This document shows, piece after piece, positions 20,122 through 29,646 of a DNA stretch of 64,000 bases. Numbering within the stretch: position 1 is the first letter of the stretch; each line of letters opens with the position of its first letter. Under the pieces are notes generated by a model. The model saw nothing but the letters and a program-made list of their open reading frames with translations. It was not told the DNA's origin and searched no databases. This DNA is from Marinoscillum sp. (GTDB lineage Bacteria; Bacteroidota; Bacteroidia; Cytophagales; MED-G16): positions 9,214 through 73,213 of the forward strand of contig JAYPVV010000004.1 in assembly GCA_038134805.1 (NCBI GenBank), read 5' to 3'. The translations under genes were made by a program, and so were the position numbers.

Positions 20122-21045
20122 GTGAACATTGCAATTATAGCTCCAAAAACAGACACTGAATCGTGGGTGAATGAATTTAATAAATCAGATATTGATCTTA
20201 GTATTCAGATATGGCCTGAAATTACAGATTATGAGAAAGTAGATTGCGTTTGCTTGTGGAAACATCCTATAGGACTATTGAGAAAATTCAAAAATTTAAA
20301 ATTAATTTATTCGATGGGTGCAGGAGTTGATCATATTTTGAATGATTTCTCTTTAAATAAAAAAATTCCTATATGTAGAATTTCTGATGAAAAATTAGCT
20401 TTTTCTATGACAAATTACATAGTTACTGCTGTCCTTTTTTATCATCGAAGAATTCAAAAGTATATGGATGATAAAACAAGTAAAATTTGGGATAACGAAA
20501 CATTTCCTGAAATTCCAATTAAAATTGGAATTTTAGGATATGGTTCCTTGGGATCAGATGCAGGTGCCAAACTTAATCATTTAGGTTTTGATGTTAGGGG
20601 TTATACCTTAAATAGAAAGCATTCTAATACTATAAAATTATATCATGGAGATGAGTTAGATGAATTTTTAAAAGAAATAAATGTTCTTGTCTGTACTGTA
20701 CCACATACATCTAAAACATCACATTTATTAAGCGAGAAATTATTTAAGAAGCTAAATAAAGGAACTTACTTAATAAATGTATCTAGAGGGAAAGTCCAAA
20801 ATGAAAATGATATATTAAAATATATAGATAATGGGACGCTTTCAGGTGCTTTTTTAGATGTATTTGAAGAAGAGCCATTACCCAAAACTAGTCCATTATG
20901 GAATTATAAAAATATTCAAATTACACCACATAATGCTAGTGTCACTAATAAAGAGGCAGCAGTTCCTCAAATAATTAATAATTATAGAAAGTTAATAGAA
21001 GGAAAATCACTCATAAATCAAGTAAATATTAAAAATGAATATTAG
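20122..21045 (+). CDS. D-2-hydroxyacid dehydrogenase family (glyoxylate/hydroxypyruvate reductase A-like)
   Basis: NAD-binding GILGYGSLGS. Catalytic region NVSRGKV...LDVFEEEPLP...ITPHNAS. GTG start. Confidence 0.8.
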   Translation: MNIAIIAPKTDTESWVNEFNKSDIDLSIQIWPEITDYEKVDCVCLWKHPIGLLRKFKNLKLIYSMGAGVDHILNDFSLNKKIPICRISDEKLAFSMTNYIVTAVLFYHRRIQKYMDDKTSKIWDNETFPEIPIKIGILGYGSLGSDAGAKLNHLGFDVRGYTLNRKHSNTIKLYHGDELDEFLKEINVLVCTVPHTSKTSHLLSEKLFKKLNKGTYLINVSRGKVQNENDILKYIDNGTLSGAFLDVFEEEPLPKTSPLWNYKNIQITPHNASVTNKEAAVPQIINNYRKLIEGKSLINQVNIKNEY

Positions 21046-22453
21046 ATATAGGATAACTTTTATTTTGATATTTCTATCATCTTTTTCTTTTGCTCAATCT
21101 TTTGAAAAATTATTAATTAAAGAGGGTAATATAGTTCCTTATATATTTAATGAATATAATATTTATGTAAATCATGATGAATCAACAATTTTTTTTAATA
21201 GTAATAAAAACCCTAATAATAATTCAGGAATAAATGATTTAAATGATTTATGGATCAGAAAAAAAATTAATGGTTATTGGACTTTTCCAATTAACTTATA
21301 TCAAGTTAATACCCCCGAAAATGATTTGCTTTTAGGTATAGATAAGATTCATTTATATATTCTAAGAAAAAATAAAATCATAACATATTTAAATTCAGAA
21401 CCATATGAAAAAATATCAGAGACCGAATTAATAGGTTTAGACATGGAGAACATAAACGTTTCCGGATCAATTGATCCTTCAAATAATGTTATTTTCCTAT
21501 CTATTGAGAGTTTTGGTAGTTATGGAGTTGAAGATATATACTATTCAAAAAAAATAGGTAATTCTTGGAGTAGACTTACTAACTGTGGTTCCAATTTAAA
21601 CTCCAATCTTCAGGAGTTATCTCCATACCTATTAAATAATGACACAATATTATTTATTTCAAATAGATTAAATGATGGATACAAGTTATTCTTTTCAGTA
21701 AAAGAAGAGGGAACTTATGAGAAATGGACAAATCCAGTACTAGTTGATAATTTCAATATAAATTCATCAAAATTGTCAGTATCATCAAATTTGATAAATT
21801 CAGCATTCTATCTATCTGAGTCTTTAGATAGTAAGACAAATTATGATTTATCAATTTATAGATCCGTAGACTCTGAGGAAAAATTAAAACTTGAAATTAA
21901 TATTATACCTGAAATTAACAGAGGAACTATTAAAATTACATCTCCATACATAAATAAAATTGATTCAATAAAATCTTCAAAAATACTATATCAACTTGAT
22001 AATGCTGGAGAATACACTTTTACTATAAAAGCTGATTCTTATTTTTTAAAAGATACAGTTATAAGTATTGAAAAATCAGAAGTAGTAAATATAGAAATGG
22101 ATAAAATTGAGATAGGTAAAAGAAAAATTTTGTCAAAAATAAATTTTGAAAGGTCATCAACTGAGTTGACCGATGAGTCAATTCCTTTTCTAAAAAATTT
22201 GTTACATTTATTTAATGATAGCCAAATAAAAATTTTAATAGAGGGTCATACTGATAACTCAGGAGATTATAGAGCAAATGTCAAGTTATCTAGGGATAGA
22301 GCAAATTCAATTAAGAAATTTCTTGTTGAAAATGGAATTCAAAGCAATAGAATTAAAACTATTGGTTATGGTTCATCGAGGCCTAGATTTAGTAATGATT
22401 CTGAAGGTGGAAGACAAAAGAATAGGAGAGTAGAGGTAGTTATTGATAACTAA
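21035..22453 (+). CDS. OmpA/Pal-like peptidoglycan-binding protein with an N-terminal PD40/TolB-like repeat region
   Basis: Signal peptide. PD40-like segments (GVEDIYYSKKIGNSWSRLTNCGSNLNS...LFISNR). C-terminal OmpA_C domain (ILIEGHTDNSGDYRANVKLSRDRANSIKKFL...NRRVEVVI). Confidence 0.8.
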   Translation: MNIRYRITFILIFLSSFSFAQSFEKLLIKEGNIVPYIFNEYNIYVNHDESTIFFNSNKNPNNNSGINDLNDLWIRKKINGYWTFPINLYQVNTPENDLLLGIDKIHLYILRKNKIITYLNSEPYEKISETELIGLDMENINVSGSIDPSNNVIFLSIESFGSYGVEDIYYSKKIGNSWSRLTNCGSNLNSNLQELSPYLLNNDTILFISNRLNDGYKLFFSVKEEGTYEKWTNPVLVDNFNINSSKLSVSSNLINSAFYLSESLDSKTNYDLSIYRSVDSEEKLKLEINIIPEINRGTIKITSPYINKIDSIKSSKILYQLDNAGEYTFTIKADSYFLKDTVISIEKSEVVNIEMDKIEIGKRKILSKINFERSSTELTDESIPFLKNLLHLFNDSQIKILIEGHTDNSGDYRANVKLSRDRANSIKKFLVENGIQSNRIKTIGYGSSRPRFSNDSEGGRQKNRRVEVVIDN

Positions 22454-23259
22454 TCCAAAAAATTCAACTTAATATCAGCTTTTGAGTGTTTATTTGGTTG
22501 ATCTAAACCTTCAATTGGGTAACTAAACCTTGACTTAACAATACGATATTTTATTAGACATTTATGAATAAATGTTAGTTCAATAGATGATGGAAAATTT
22601 GATGTTTTGTCAATTTTACTATAGTTATTTCCGTGTATATGAGCGATATAATATGATTTTTTTAAATTATCTATCAAGTTATTAAATATATTACAATTGG
22701 TAATAATTTCATGAAACTCAACTGCAAAACCAATTATATTTTTATTTGAATCTATAATAGAATTTAAAACTTTATATTCTGCTCCCTCAATATCCATCTT
22801 AATAAATATTTTTTTTGACCCACAATCTTCTATTTTCTTAATTGTCTCAGGGACAGTAATATTTTGACCTATATTATCATTCCAAATTTTATTTTTAAAA
22901 TGGATAATTTTATTTTTAAAAAAACTGTAATAACAAGTAATTATATTAATTCCTTTGAGGGATCTATTTAGTCTTTTACTATCTAGAATAAGAAAATAAA
23001 ATATAGAATAAAAGAATGATTTAATAGAAAACTTAATTAGTGAGTAGATAGTAAGTGAATGATCATAACAATGAATATTTAACTCTTTTTTTTTATAAAA
23101 ATCTTTCTCAAATGACCAATCTTTGTTAATACCATATGATAATAATCCATCACATTCATCTATAATTCTTTTAGGAATGATATATCCTCCATCATTATCT
23201 TTTCCAACTCTTATTAAATCAGATAATTCAATTGGTTGAAGATTTTTTTTATTTATCAT
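22450..23259 (-). CDS. FkbM-family methyltransferase
   Basis: Motif FIKMDIEGAEYKVL is typical of FkbM-type SAM methyltransferases. Confidence 0.55.
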   Translation of the reverse strand: MINKKNLQPIELSDLIRVGKDNDGGYIIPKRIIDECDGLLSYGINKDWSFEKDFYKKKELNIHCYDHSLTIYSLIKFSIKSFFYSIFYFLILDSKRLNRSLKGINIITCYYSFFKNKIIHFKNKIWNDNIGQNITVPETIKKIEDCGSKKIFIKMDIEGAEYKVLNSIIDSNKNIIGFAVEFHEIITNCNIFNNLIDNLKKSYYIAHIHGNNYSKIDKTSNFPSSIELTFIHKCLIKYRIVKSRFSYPIEGLDQPNKHSKADIKLNFLD

Positions 23260-23610
23260 AATTTTAAAATAATAAAACTAAAAGATGATCTGTATTTTGG
23301 TTGATTTCTTAAAAAGTAATTTTTTAATTTAATTTGTTTGATTTAATCCAAGAAGAAAACATTAATCTTTTTCTGAACTATAAAGAAGAAATAATACAAT
23401 AAAGGTTAATATTCCAAAAACTAAAAAGAAAGTTTCACTCAAAAGAAAATCTAACATAAATAAAAATATTTATTTGATATTAATTTTAGAAATTATATAA
23501 AAAAATATTGTAATTATAAAAATGGCAATACCTCCCATTTGAATTTTTAACCAAAAGAAATAATTAGAGACCTCAGTTTCAGTCATAAATTAGATATATA
23601 AATAGGGTGA

Positions 23611-23801
23611 TTACTAATAACCTCATAGGTTATTTTAAGCTTAATATTCTTTTAAAGGTTTTAATTTCACATCTATAAAAGTTTTTAAACTTAAGTAATA
23701 AATTTCTCATACTCTAAAGCTAAAAATATCTGAACTAAAAGTGTACTTAAAAGAGTAAAATATTGATTTAAAATATAAATAAGTGATATTACTAATAACC
23801 T
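23611..23801. repeat. Direct repeat: the 3' end of ggt is duplicated 178 bp downstream of the gene
   Basis: Exact 13-mer TTACTAATAACCT at 23611-23623 and 23789-23801, with extended similarity (GTGAT..TTACTAATAACCT.ATAG). The second copy contains the ggt stop codon. The first copy sits in an 8-bp hairpin (AATAACCT cat AGGTTATT, 23616-23634). Confidence 0.8.
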
Positions 23802-25492
23802 ATAGCTACATTATCACCTCTCTTATCAGCACCTCCTTCTAAAACATTATCTTTTAATAATATACAGTCCATTCTACCTAAAGTTCCTCGTTCAGTTACT
23901 TTGTGACCAATATTAGTAAGATCATTAATTAAATCTTTTGAAAATGAGTTTTCTTCAAATACAAGAACATCTGGTAACCATTGATGATGAAATTTCTTAG
24001 CGTCTACGGCTTCTTGCATTCCCATATTGTAATCTATTACATTTAGAATTGTTTGAAAAACTGAGGTTATTATAGTTGAACCCCCAGGAGTACCTAAAAC
24101 CATAAATAATTTTCCTTCTTTCTCTATGATTGTAGGGGTCATTGATGAAAGCATCCTTTTATTTGGTTCAATTGCGTTAGCTTCACCGCCTATTAAACCA
24201 AACATATTAGGGTGACCAGGTTTTACACTAAAATCATCCATTTCGTTATTTAGAAGAAATCCAGCTCCATCTACTACTACTTTAGATCCATACCCACCAT
24301 TAATAGTGGTAGTTAATGAAACAGCGTTACCAAATGAATCTACAATAGAGAAATGAGTTGTTTCATTAGATTCATTAATGATTATATTACCTTCTTTAAT
24401 TTCATCTGATGGTGTTTTTCTTAGTTCTTCAATGCTTTGAAATCTATTATCTAGGTACTTTGGATCAAGGAGATTATTCTCTGGTACATCAAAGAAATCA
24501 GGATCACCTAGATAAGTTGCTCTGTCAGCATAGACTCTGCTTTCTATCTCGGCTATCAGGTTAATATATTCAAGTGAGTTATGTACATATTTATTTACTT
24601 CCAGAAGCTCTGCACCATAAAGTAGCTGAGACAAGGCAATTCCGCCACTAGAAGGTGGTGCCATTGATATTATTTTATGATTTTTATAATTTCCAATAAT
24701 AGGATCTCTCCAAACAGATGAGTATGAATTTAAATCTTCAGAGGTTATTATCCCATTACCTTCTCTCATCTCAGCAATAATATATTCTGCAGTTAATCCA
24801 GAGTAGAATCCTTCTCTTTTGTTATCTCTTATTCTTTCCAATGTCTTCGATAAATCTGATTGTACTAGTAAGTCATCTTTCTTCCAAGATCCATTTTTTA
24901 TGAAAGGAATATTTTCATCATTTACTTTTTCAAAGGATAATTTAGCATAATTTAAGCTTATTGCTTGTTTCTCTGTGATTTGAAAACCATCTCTTGCGAA
25001 AATAATAGATGGCTCAAGTAAATCTTCCCAGGGTAATGAACCATATTTTTGGTATAATTTTACCATCCCATCGACAGATCCAGGAACACCTGAGGCAAGA
25101 TGACCTAACTTACTTTTATCATCATTAACAACTCCACCTTCATCTTCACTAGACAAGTACATATCTCTACTGGAGTTAATAGGTGCTTTTTCTCTAAAAT
25201 CTAAACTTCCAACTTCTCCGTTAGAGAGTCTGTAAACAGCAAATCCACCACCACCAATATTTCCAGCGGTAGGGTAGACAACCGATAGAGCAAATTGTAC
25301 AGCAATAGCTGCATCAAAAGCATTTCCACCTGACTTTAAAATATCTACTCCGACTTGAGATGCTAGTGGGTGAGCAGAAGATACCATCCCATTTTTTGAG
25401 ATATTTTTAGATTGATTATCAGTACATGAAAAAACAAAGGATATAGAGAAAAATAATATATAAAAAAGTGAATTTTTGATTTTATATTGCAT
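23792..25492 (-). CDS. ggt: Gamma-glutamyltransferase
   Basis: Lipoprotein-type signal (SFVFSC). Autoprocessing nucleophile region ESNETTHFSIVD. GTPGGSTI motif. 566 aa. Confidence 0.93.
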   Translation of the reverse strand: MQYKIKNSLFYILFFSISFVFSCTDNQSKNISKNGMVSSAHPLASQVGVDILKSGGNAFDAAIAVQFALSVVYPTAGNIGGGGFAVYRLSNGEVGSLDFREKAPINSSRDMYLSSEDEGGVVNDDKSKLGHLASGVPGSVDGMVKLYQKYGSLPWEDLLEPSIIFARDGFQITEKQAISLNYAKLSFEKVNDENIPFIKNGSWKKDDLLVQSDLSKTLERIRDNKREGFYSGLTAEYIIAEMREGNGIITSEDLNSYSSVWRDPIIGNYKNHKIISMAPPSSGGIALSQLLYGAELLEVNKYVHNSLEYINLIAEIESRVYADRATYLGDPDFFDVPENNLLDPKYLDNRFQSIEELRKTPSDEIKEGNIIINESNETTHFSIVDSFGNAVSLTTTINGGYGSKVVVDGAGFLLNNEMDDFSVKPGHPNMFGLIGGEANAIEPNKRMLSSMTPTIIEKEGKLFMVLGTPGGSTIITSVFQTILNVIDYNMGMQEAVDAKKFHHQWLPDVLVFEENSFSKDLINDLTNIGHKVTERGTLGRMDCILLKDNVLEGGADKRGDNVAIGY

Positions 25493-25507
25493 GTTTATTT
25501 TACGTTA

Positions 25508-27172
25508 ATGTGTGGTATAGTTGCAATTTACAATAACAATTTAAAATTTGACAAGGATATGAGATCAAAGTCTCTACTCATGTCAAAAAAGGTAAGGCAT
25601 AGAGGGCCTGATTGGTCAGGAATTTATGATTCAGATAATGTTATATTAGCTCACGAGAGATTATCAATTGTAGATATAAAATCTGGTAGACAACCTCTTC
25701 TATCTAACGACGAGAAAATAATATTGACAGTGAATGGTGAGATTTATAATCACCTAGAGCTAAAGAAATCAGAAGATATTAGATACAACTTCAAGACTGA
25801 GTCAGACTGTGAAGTTATTATTCCACTCTACCAAGAATACGGTAAAGAATTACTTAATAAGCTTAACGGTATTTTTGCATTTTTTCTTTATGATAAAAGC
25901 AATAATTCATTTTTTGTAGCTCGAGATCCAATTGGAGTCATTCCTTTATACATGGGAAAAGATAAAAACGGTACATTTTACTTTTCCTCGGAGATGAAGT
26001 GTCTTGTTGGAAATTGTGAAAATATAAAAGAGTTCCCTCCCGGTCACTATATGATAAACACTCATGCTGAACCAGTTCCTTATTACAAGAAAAGCTGGAT
26101 GAATTTTGATAAGTTAAATAATTACACTTCAACTGATAAATTAAGAGAAAAATTAGAAGCTGCAGTTAAAAGACAGCTAATGTCAGATGTGCCATTTGGT
26201 GTTCTATTATCCGGTGGTTTAGATTCCTCAATAATATCATCAATTGTTAAAAAATTTTCAAAGAAAAGAATAGAGTCAAATGATAAAAATGATGCTTGGT
26301 GGCCTCAAATACACTCTTTTGCTGTTGGATTAGAAGGTTCTCCGGATCTAAAAGCAGCTAAAAAAGTATCTGAATATTTAGGTACAATACACCATGAGAT
26401 TCATTTCACTGTTCAAGAAGCTCTAGACTCTCTTGAAGATGTCATTTATTTTTTAGAAACATATGATGTCACAACAGTAAGAGCATCTACTCCTATGTAT
26501 TTAATGGCTAGGTATATTAAGTCAATGGGAATCAAAATGGTTTTATCAGGTGAGGGTGCTGATGAAATTTTCGGTGGGTATCTCTATTTTCATAAAGCTC
26601 CAAACTCTAAAGAATTTCATGAAGAAACTCTTAGGAAAATTAACAAACTTCATCTCTATGATTGTCTTAGAGCAAACAAATCATTATCTGCATGGGGTGT
26701 TGAGGGGAGGGTACCATTTCTTGATGTTGAATTCTTAGACTACTCAATGAATATTGATCCTCAGCTTAAAATGATAAATTCTAAGAAAATTGAGAAAAAT
26801 ATTCTTAGAGAATCATTCACAGGATATCTACCTGATGAGATATTATGGAGACAGAAAGAACAGTTTTCAGATGGTGTAGGGTATAATTGGATTGATTCAC
26901 TTAAAGAGTATGCTGAGAAGTCTATTTCAGATGAAGTTTTCTCAAAAAGATTAGTAGATTTTCCTGTAAACACTCCAAAAACAAAAGAAGAATATTTGTT
27001 TAGGATGATTTTTCAGAAATATTTTCCTGGAGATGAGTGTGCTAGATGTGTTCCATCAGTAAAATCTGTAGCATGTAGTACTGAGGAGGCTCTCAAATGG
27101 GATAAATCTTTTCAAGAGATGAATGATCCTTCTGGTAGATCAATAAAAAAAGTTCATAAAGATTCTTATTGA
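25508..27172 (+). CDS. asnB: Asparagine synthase (glutamine-hydrolysing)
   Basis: Must start at MCGIVAIY (Cys2 nucleophile), so ATG 25508 rather than the TTG at 25487. PP-loop SGGLDSS. 554 aa. Confidence 0.93.
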   Translation: MCGIVAIYNNNLKFDKDMRSKSLLMSKKVRHRGPDWSGIYDSDNVILAHERLSIVDIKSGRQPLLSNDEKIILTVNGEIYNHLELKKSEDIRYNFKTESDCEVIIPLYQEYGKELLNKLNGIFAFFLYDKSNNSFFVARDPIGVIPLYMGKDKNGTFYFSSEMKCLVGNCENIKEFPPGHYMINTHAEPVPYYKKSWMNFDKLNNYTSTDKLREKLEAAVKRQLMSDVPFGVLLSGGLDSSIISSIVKKFSKKRIESNDKNDAWWPQIHSFAVGLEGSPDLKAAKKVSEYLGTIHHEIHFTVQEALDSLEDVIYFLETYDVTTVRASTPMYLMARYIKSMGIKMVLSGEGADEIFGGYLYFHKAPNSKEFHEETLRKINKLHLYDCLRANKSLSAWGVEGRVPFLDVEFLDYSMNIDPQLKMINSKKIEKNILRESFTGYLPDEILWRQKEQFSDGVGYNWIDSLKEYAEKSISDEVFSKRLVDFPVNTPKTKEEYLFRMIFQKYFPGDECARCVPSVKSVACSTEEALKWDKSFQEMNDPSGRSIKKVHKDSY

Positions 27173-27181
27173 TTTTTTCAT

Positions 27182-27853
27182 TTAAATGATAGATTCACCA
27201 TTCATGTCTGTTGTCAGTACATCAGAAATGAAATCTAGGAAAGGTCGCACAACTTCAAAATGCTTAACAACTTCTTCTTCAAATGATTTTCTAGTTACAC
27301 GATTGTCTTTAAATGACTTCATAAAGACAAACTGTTTTTTTCTGAGGAGATTGATATTTGGATCATCTTTTGAGAAGCCTTTTGGAGATGTCTTAACCTC
27401 ATCTCCTTTGAGTGGGCCCCAATAATTTTTAATATTATTATGACAAATAACTTTGTTCATCTCTTCTCCATTAAACTCAATTTCTTTCCTAATTCTTAGC
27501 AAATCATTATTACTTGGGTCCCAAATACCAGATGCAATAAAACAGTCACCTGGAGTGATATGAATATAATATCCACCATGTAAATAAGGTTTTTTTCTTA
27601 AAAATGCAATACCAAAATTTGTTTTAAATGGACTTTTATCTTTAGAGAATCGAACATCTCTGTATATTCTAAAAACTTTTACCTTCTCTATCTGGTCACT
27701 TTTATTTAATGATTTTTCAATATCTAAAGCAAATGTTTTGATTGTGTTTTGATGATCAATAAATTTTGCTTTATTCTCATTAAACCATTCTCTGTTGTTA
27801 TTTGATTTAAGATCAAGTAAAAATTGAAATATTCCAGAATGAAGCCTTTTCAT
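27182..27853 (-). CDS. DUF2461 (TIGR02453) family protein
   Basis: N-terminal LKSNNNREWFNENKAKF signature. About 220 aa. Confidence 0.7.
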   Translation of the reverse strand: MKRLHSGIFQFLLDLKSNNNREWFNENKAKFIDHQNTIKTFALDIEKSLNKSDQIEKVKVFRIYRDVRFSKDKSPFKTNFGIAFLRKKPYLHGGYYIHITPGDCFIASGIWDPSNNDLLRIRKEIEFNGEEMNKVICHNNIKNYWGPLKGDEVKTSPKGFSKDDPNINLLRKKQFVFMKSFKDNRVTRKSFEEEVVKHFEVVRPFLDFISDVLTTDMNGESII

Positions 27854-27865
27854 AGAATGATAAGG

Positions 27866-29113
27866 TTAAATCTTATCAAGTGCATTAATTATATCGTCAA
27901 TTAAGTCATCAGCATCTTCAATTCCTATTGAAAGTCTTACAAGTGCCTCACTCATTCCAATTTTATTTTTAGTTTCCAAACTTACGTCAGCATGAGTCAT
28001 AGAAAATGGGTGACATGCAAGGCTTTCTGTTCCACCTAAGCTTACAGCTAATTTGACCAACTTAAGATTATCTAAGAATCTAAAAGCTTCTTTTTCTCCA
28101 CCCTTTACATCTATCGATATCATTCCTCCACTACTGGAGTATTGTTTTTTATAAACTTCATACTCCTTAGTTCCCTCTTTTATGAGGCCGAGATAATGAA
28201 CTTTATCAATTTTGGAATGATTTTTTAATACATTAGCTATTTTATTTGCGTTTTCAGCACTTTTCTCCATTCGAATTTTAAGAGTTTCAAGGCTTCTAGT
28301 AATTAACCAACTGGTAAATGGAGAGGCCATATTACCCATAAATACTCTCATGCTCTTTAATCGACTAATAACTTCGTTTGTGCCAGACGCTGCTCCCGCT
28401 ACAAGATCACTATGACCACCAATATACTTTGTTGCAGAGTACAAAACTACATCAGCACCATGATCAATTGGCTGAGAGAAGACAGGTCCCATAAAAGTAT
28501 TGTCAATTGCTAAAAAAACTTTGTTTTCAGCAGTAGAAAAAGAGTTAGCAAGCTTTTTAGAATTTGAGATATCAACTATACTATTAGTAGGGTTAGCAGG
28601 TGTTTCAATGTAAACTAGACTTACTTCCAACCCTGGAAATTTATTTTCTTTCTCTTTAATAATTTTATCAATAGATTCAAAAGAGTCAAAATACATAGAT
28701 TTAATATTGTATTTAGGTAAAACATGCTCTATAAAATGGTCCGTTCCCCCATAGAGTGGAGAAGAGTGCATGATTAATGTATTAGGTCTAGTCAACTCAA
28801 GTATTGTAGTTGTTATTGCAGCCATTCCACTTTGGAATAAAGCACAAGCCTCAGCCTTATCCCACAACTTTAATCTATCTTCAGCAATCTCAAGATTAGG
28901 GTTATTTATTCTTGAATAAGCAAGAGACATTGATTCTCCAATATTTTTCTCCCTCAATCCGTAGGCTATATGAAAATGAGATTTTCCTTCTTCAGCATTC
29001 TTAAAAACAAAAGTACTAGTCTGGAAAATAGGAACTTTTGCAGAACCCTCTGAAAGATGAGGGTCATATGAAGCTCCCATCATCTGACTTTCAGGTTTAT
29101 TATTTTTTTTCAT
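27866..29113 (-). CDS. Cys/Met-metabolism PLP-dependent enzyme (cystathionine gamma-synthase / methionine gamma-lyase family). The start may be the downstream MMGASYD.
   Basis: PLP-lysine region YSATKYIGGHSDLVAG, plus YSRINNPN and LAVSLGGTESL. Confidence 0.8.
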   Translation of the reverse strand: MKKNNKPESQMMGASYDPHLSEGSAKVPIFQTSTFVFKNAEEGKSHFHIAYGLREKNIGESMSLAYSRINNPNLEIAEDRLKLWDKAEACALFQSGMAAITTTILELTRPNTLIMHSSPLYGGTDHFIEHVLPKYNIKSMYFDSFESIDKIIKEKENKFPGLEVSLVYIETPANPTNSIVDISNSKKLANSFSTAENKVFLAIDNTFMGPVFSQPIDHGADVVLYSATKYIGGHSDLVAGAASGTNEVISRLKSMRVFMGNMASPFTSWLITRSLETLKIRMEKSAENANKIANVLKNHSKIDKVHYLGLIKEGTKEYEVYKKQYSSSGGMISIDVKGGEKEAFRFLDNLKLVKLAVSLGGTESLACHPFSMTHADVSLETKNKIGMSEALVRLSIGIEDADDLIDDIINALDKI

Positions 29114-29630
29114 TATTTAGAGTGTCTAATTTAATATTAAGTTGCTCTTCAAAAGATTTTAATGAAGTGAGTTTAAATTCCTCTAGCTGTCTCTTTAAAT
29201 CCTTTTTAAAATTTTTAATAAATTCATCACTAGAAAGCTCTTTTAGATTTTTATTGATTTCACTAATATTTTTATCAGCGATTTTTAATTCAGAGTCTTT
29301 AATTTTTAAAATATCATCAATATATTTTTTTAAGTCAGCTATCTTATCTCTTTCTTCTTTTAACTTATTTGAATATTCATTCTCAAGTTGATTTAGGAGT
29401 GCTTCATTATCTTTTAATATTTTGTCCATTGAATTATTAAATTTTCCCTCAAATTCTTTATTTAATCTTTCTATTTCTTTCAAAAGCGATTCAGATTGAT
29501 CCTCAAATACTTTTTTTTGATTTTCTATGAGAAATTCTCTTATACCTTCTCTATTTGTATTAGAACTTTCTTGAGATATAGCATAAAAAGAAATTAGAGA
29601 GAGAAATGTTAAATATATAGCTTGTTTCAT
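29100..29630 (-). CDS. Secreted K/E/N-rich coiled-coil protein, unknown function
   Basis: Signal peptide MKQAIYLTFLSLISFYAISQ. The rest is heptad-like charged sequence with no recognisable domain. Confidence 0.4.
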   Translation of the reverse strand: MKQAIYLTFLSLISFYAISQESSNTNREGIREFLIENQKKVFEDQSESLLKEIERLNKEFEGKFNNSMDKILKDNEALLNQLENEYSNKLKEERDKIADLKKYIDDILKIKDSELKIADKNISEINKNLKELSSDEFIKNFKKDLKRQLEEFKLTSLKSFEEQLNIKLDTLNNEKK

Positions 29631-29646
29631 AAGTTATTGATTAAGA

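Noticed and set aside
25487-25507. TTG-initiated N-terminal extension of asnB (MHVYFTL)
   Set aside because: Class II glutamine amidotransferases need Cys as the first residue after Met removal. MCGIV at 25508 is therefore the start.
29038-29391. 117-aa plus-strand ORF spanning the junction of the PLP enzyme and the coiled-coil gene
   Set aside because: It is antisense to two minus-strand genes. Its Ser/Leu/Phe-rich sequence is the expected mirror of K/E/N-rich coding sequence.
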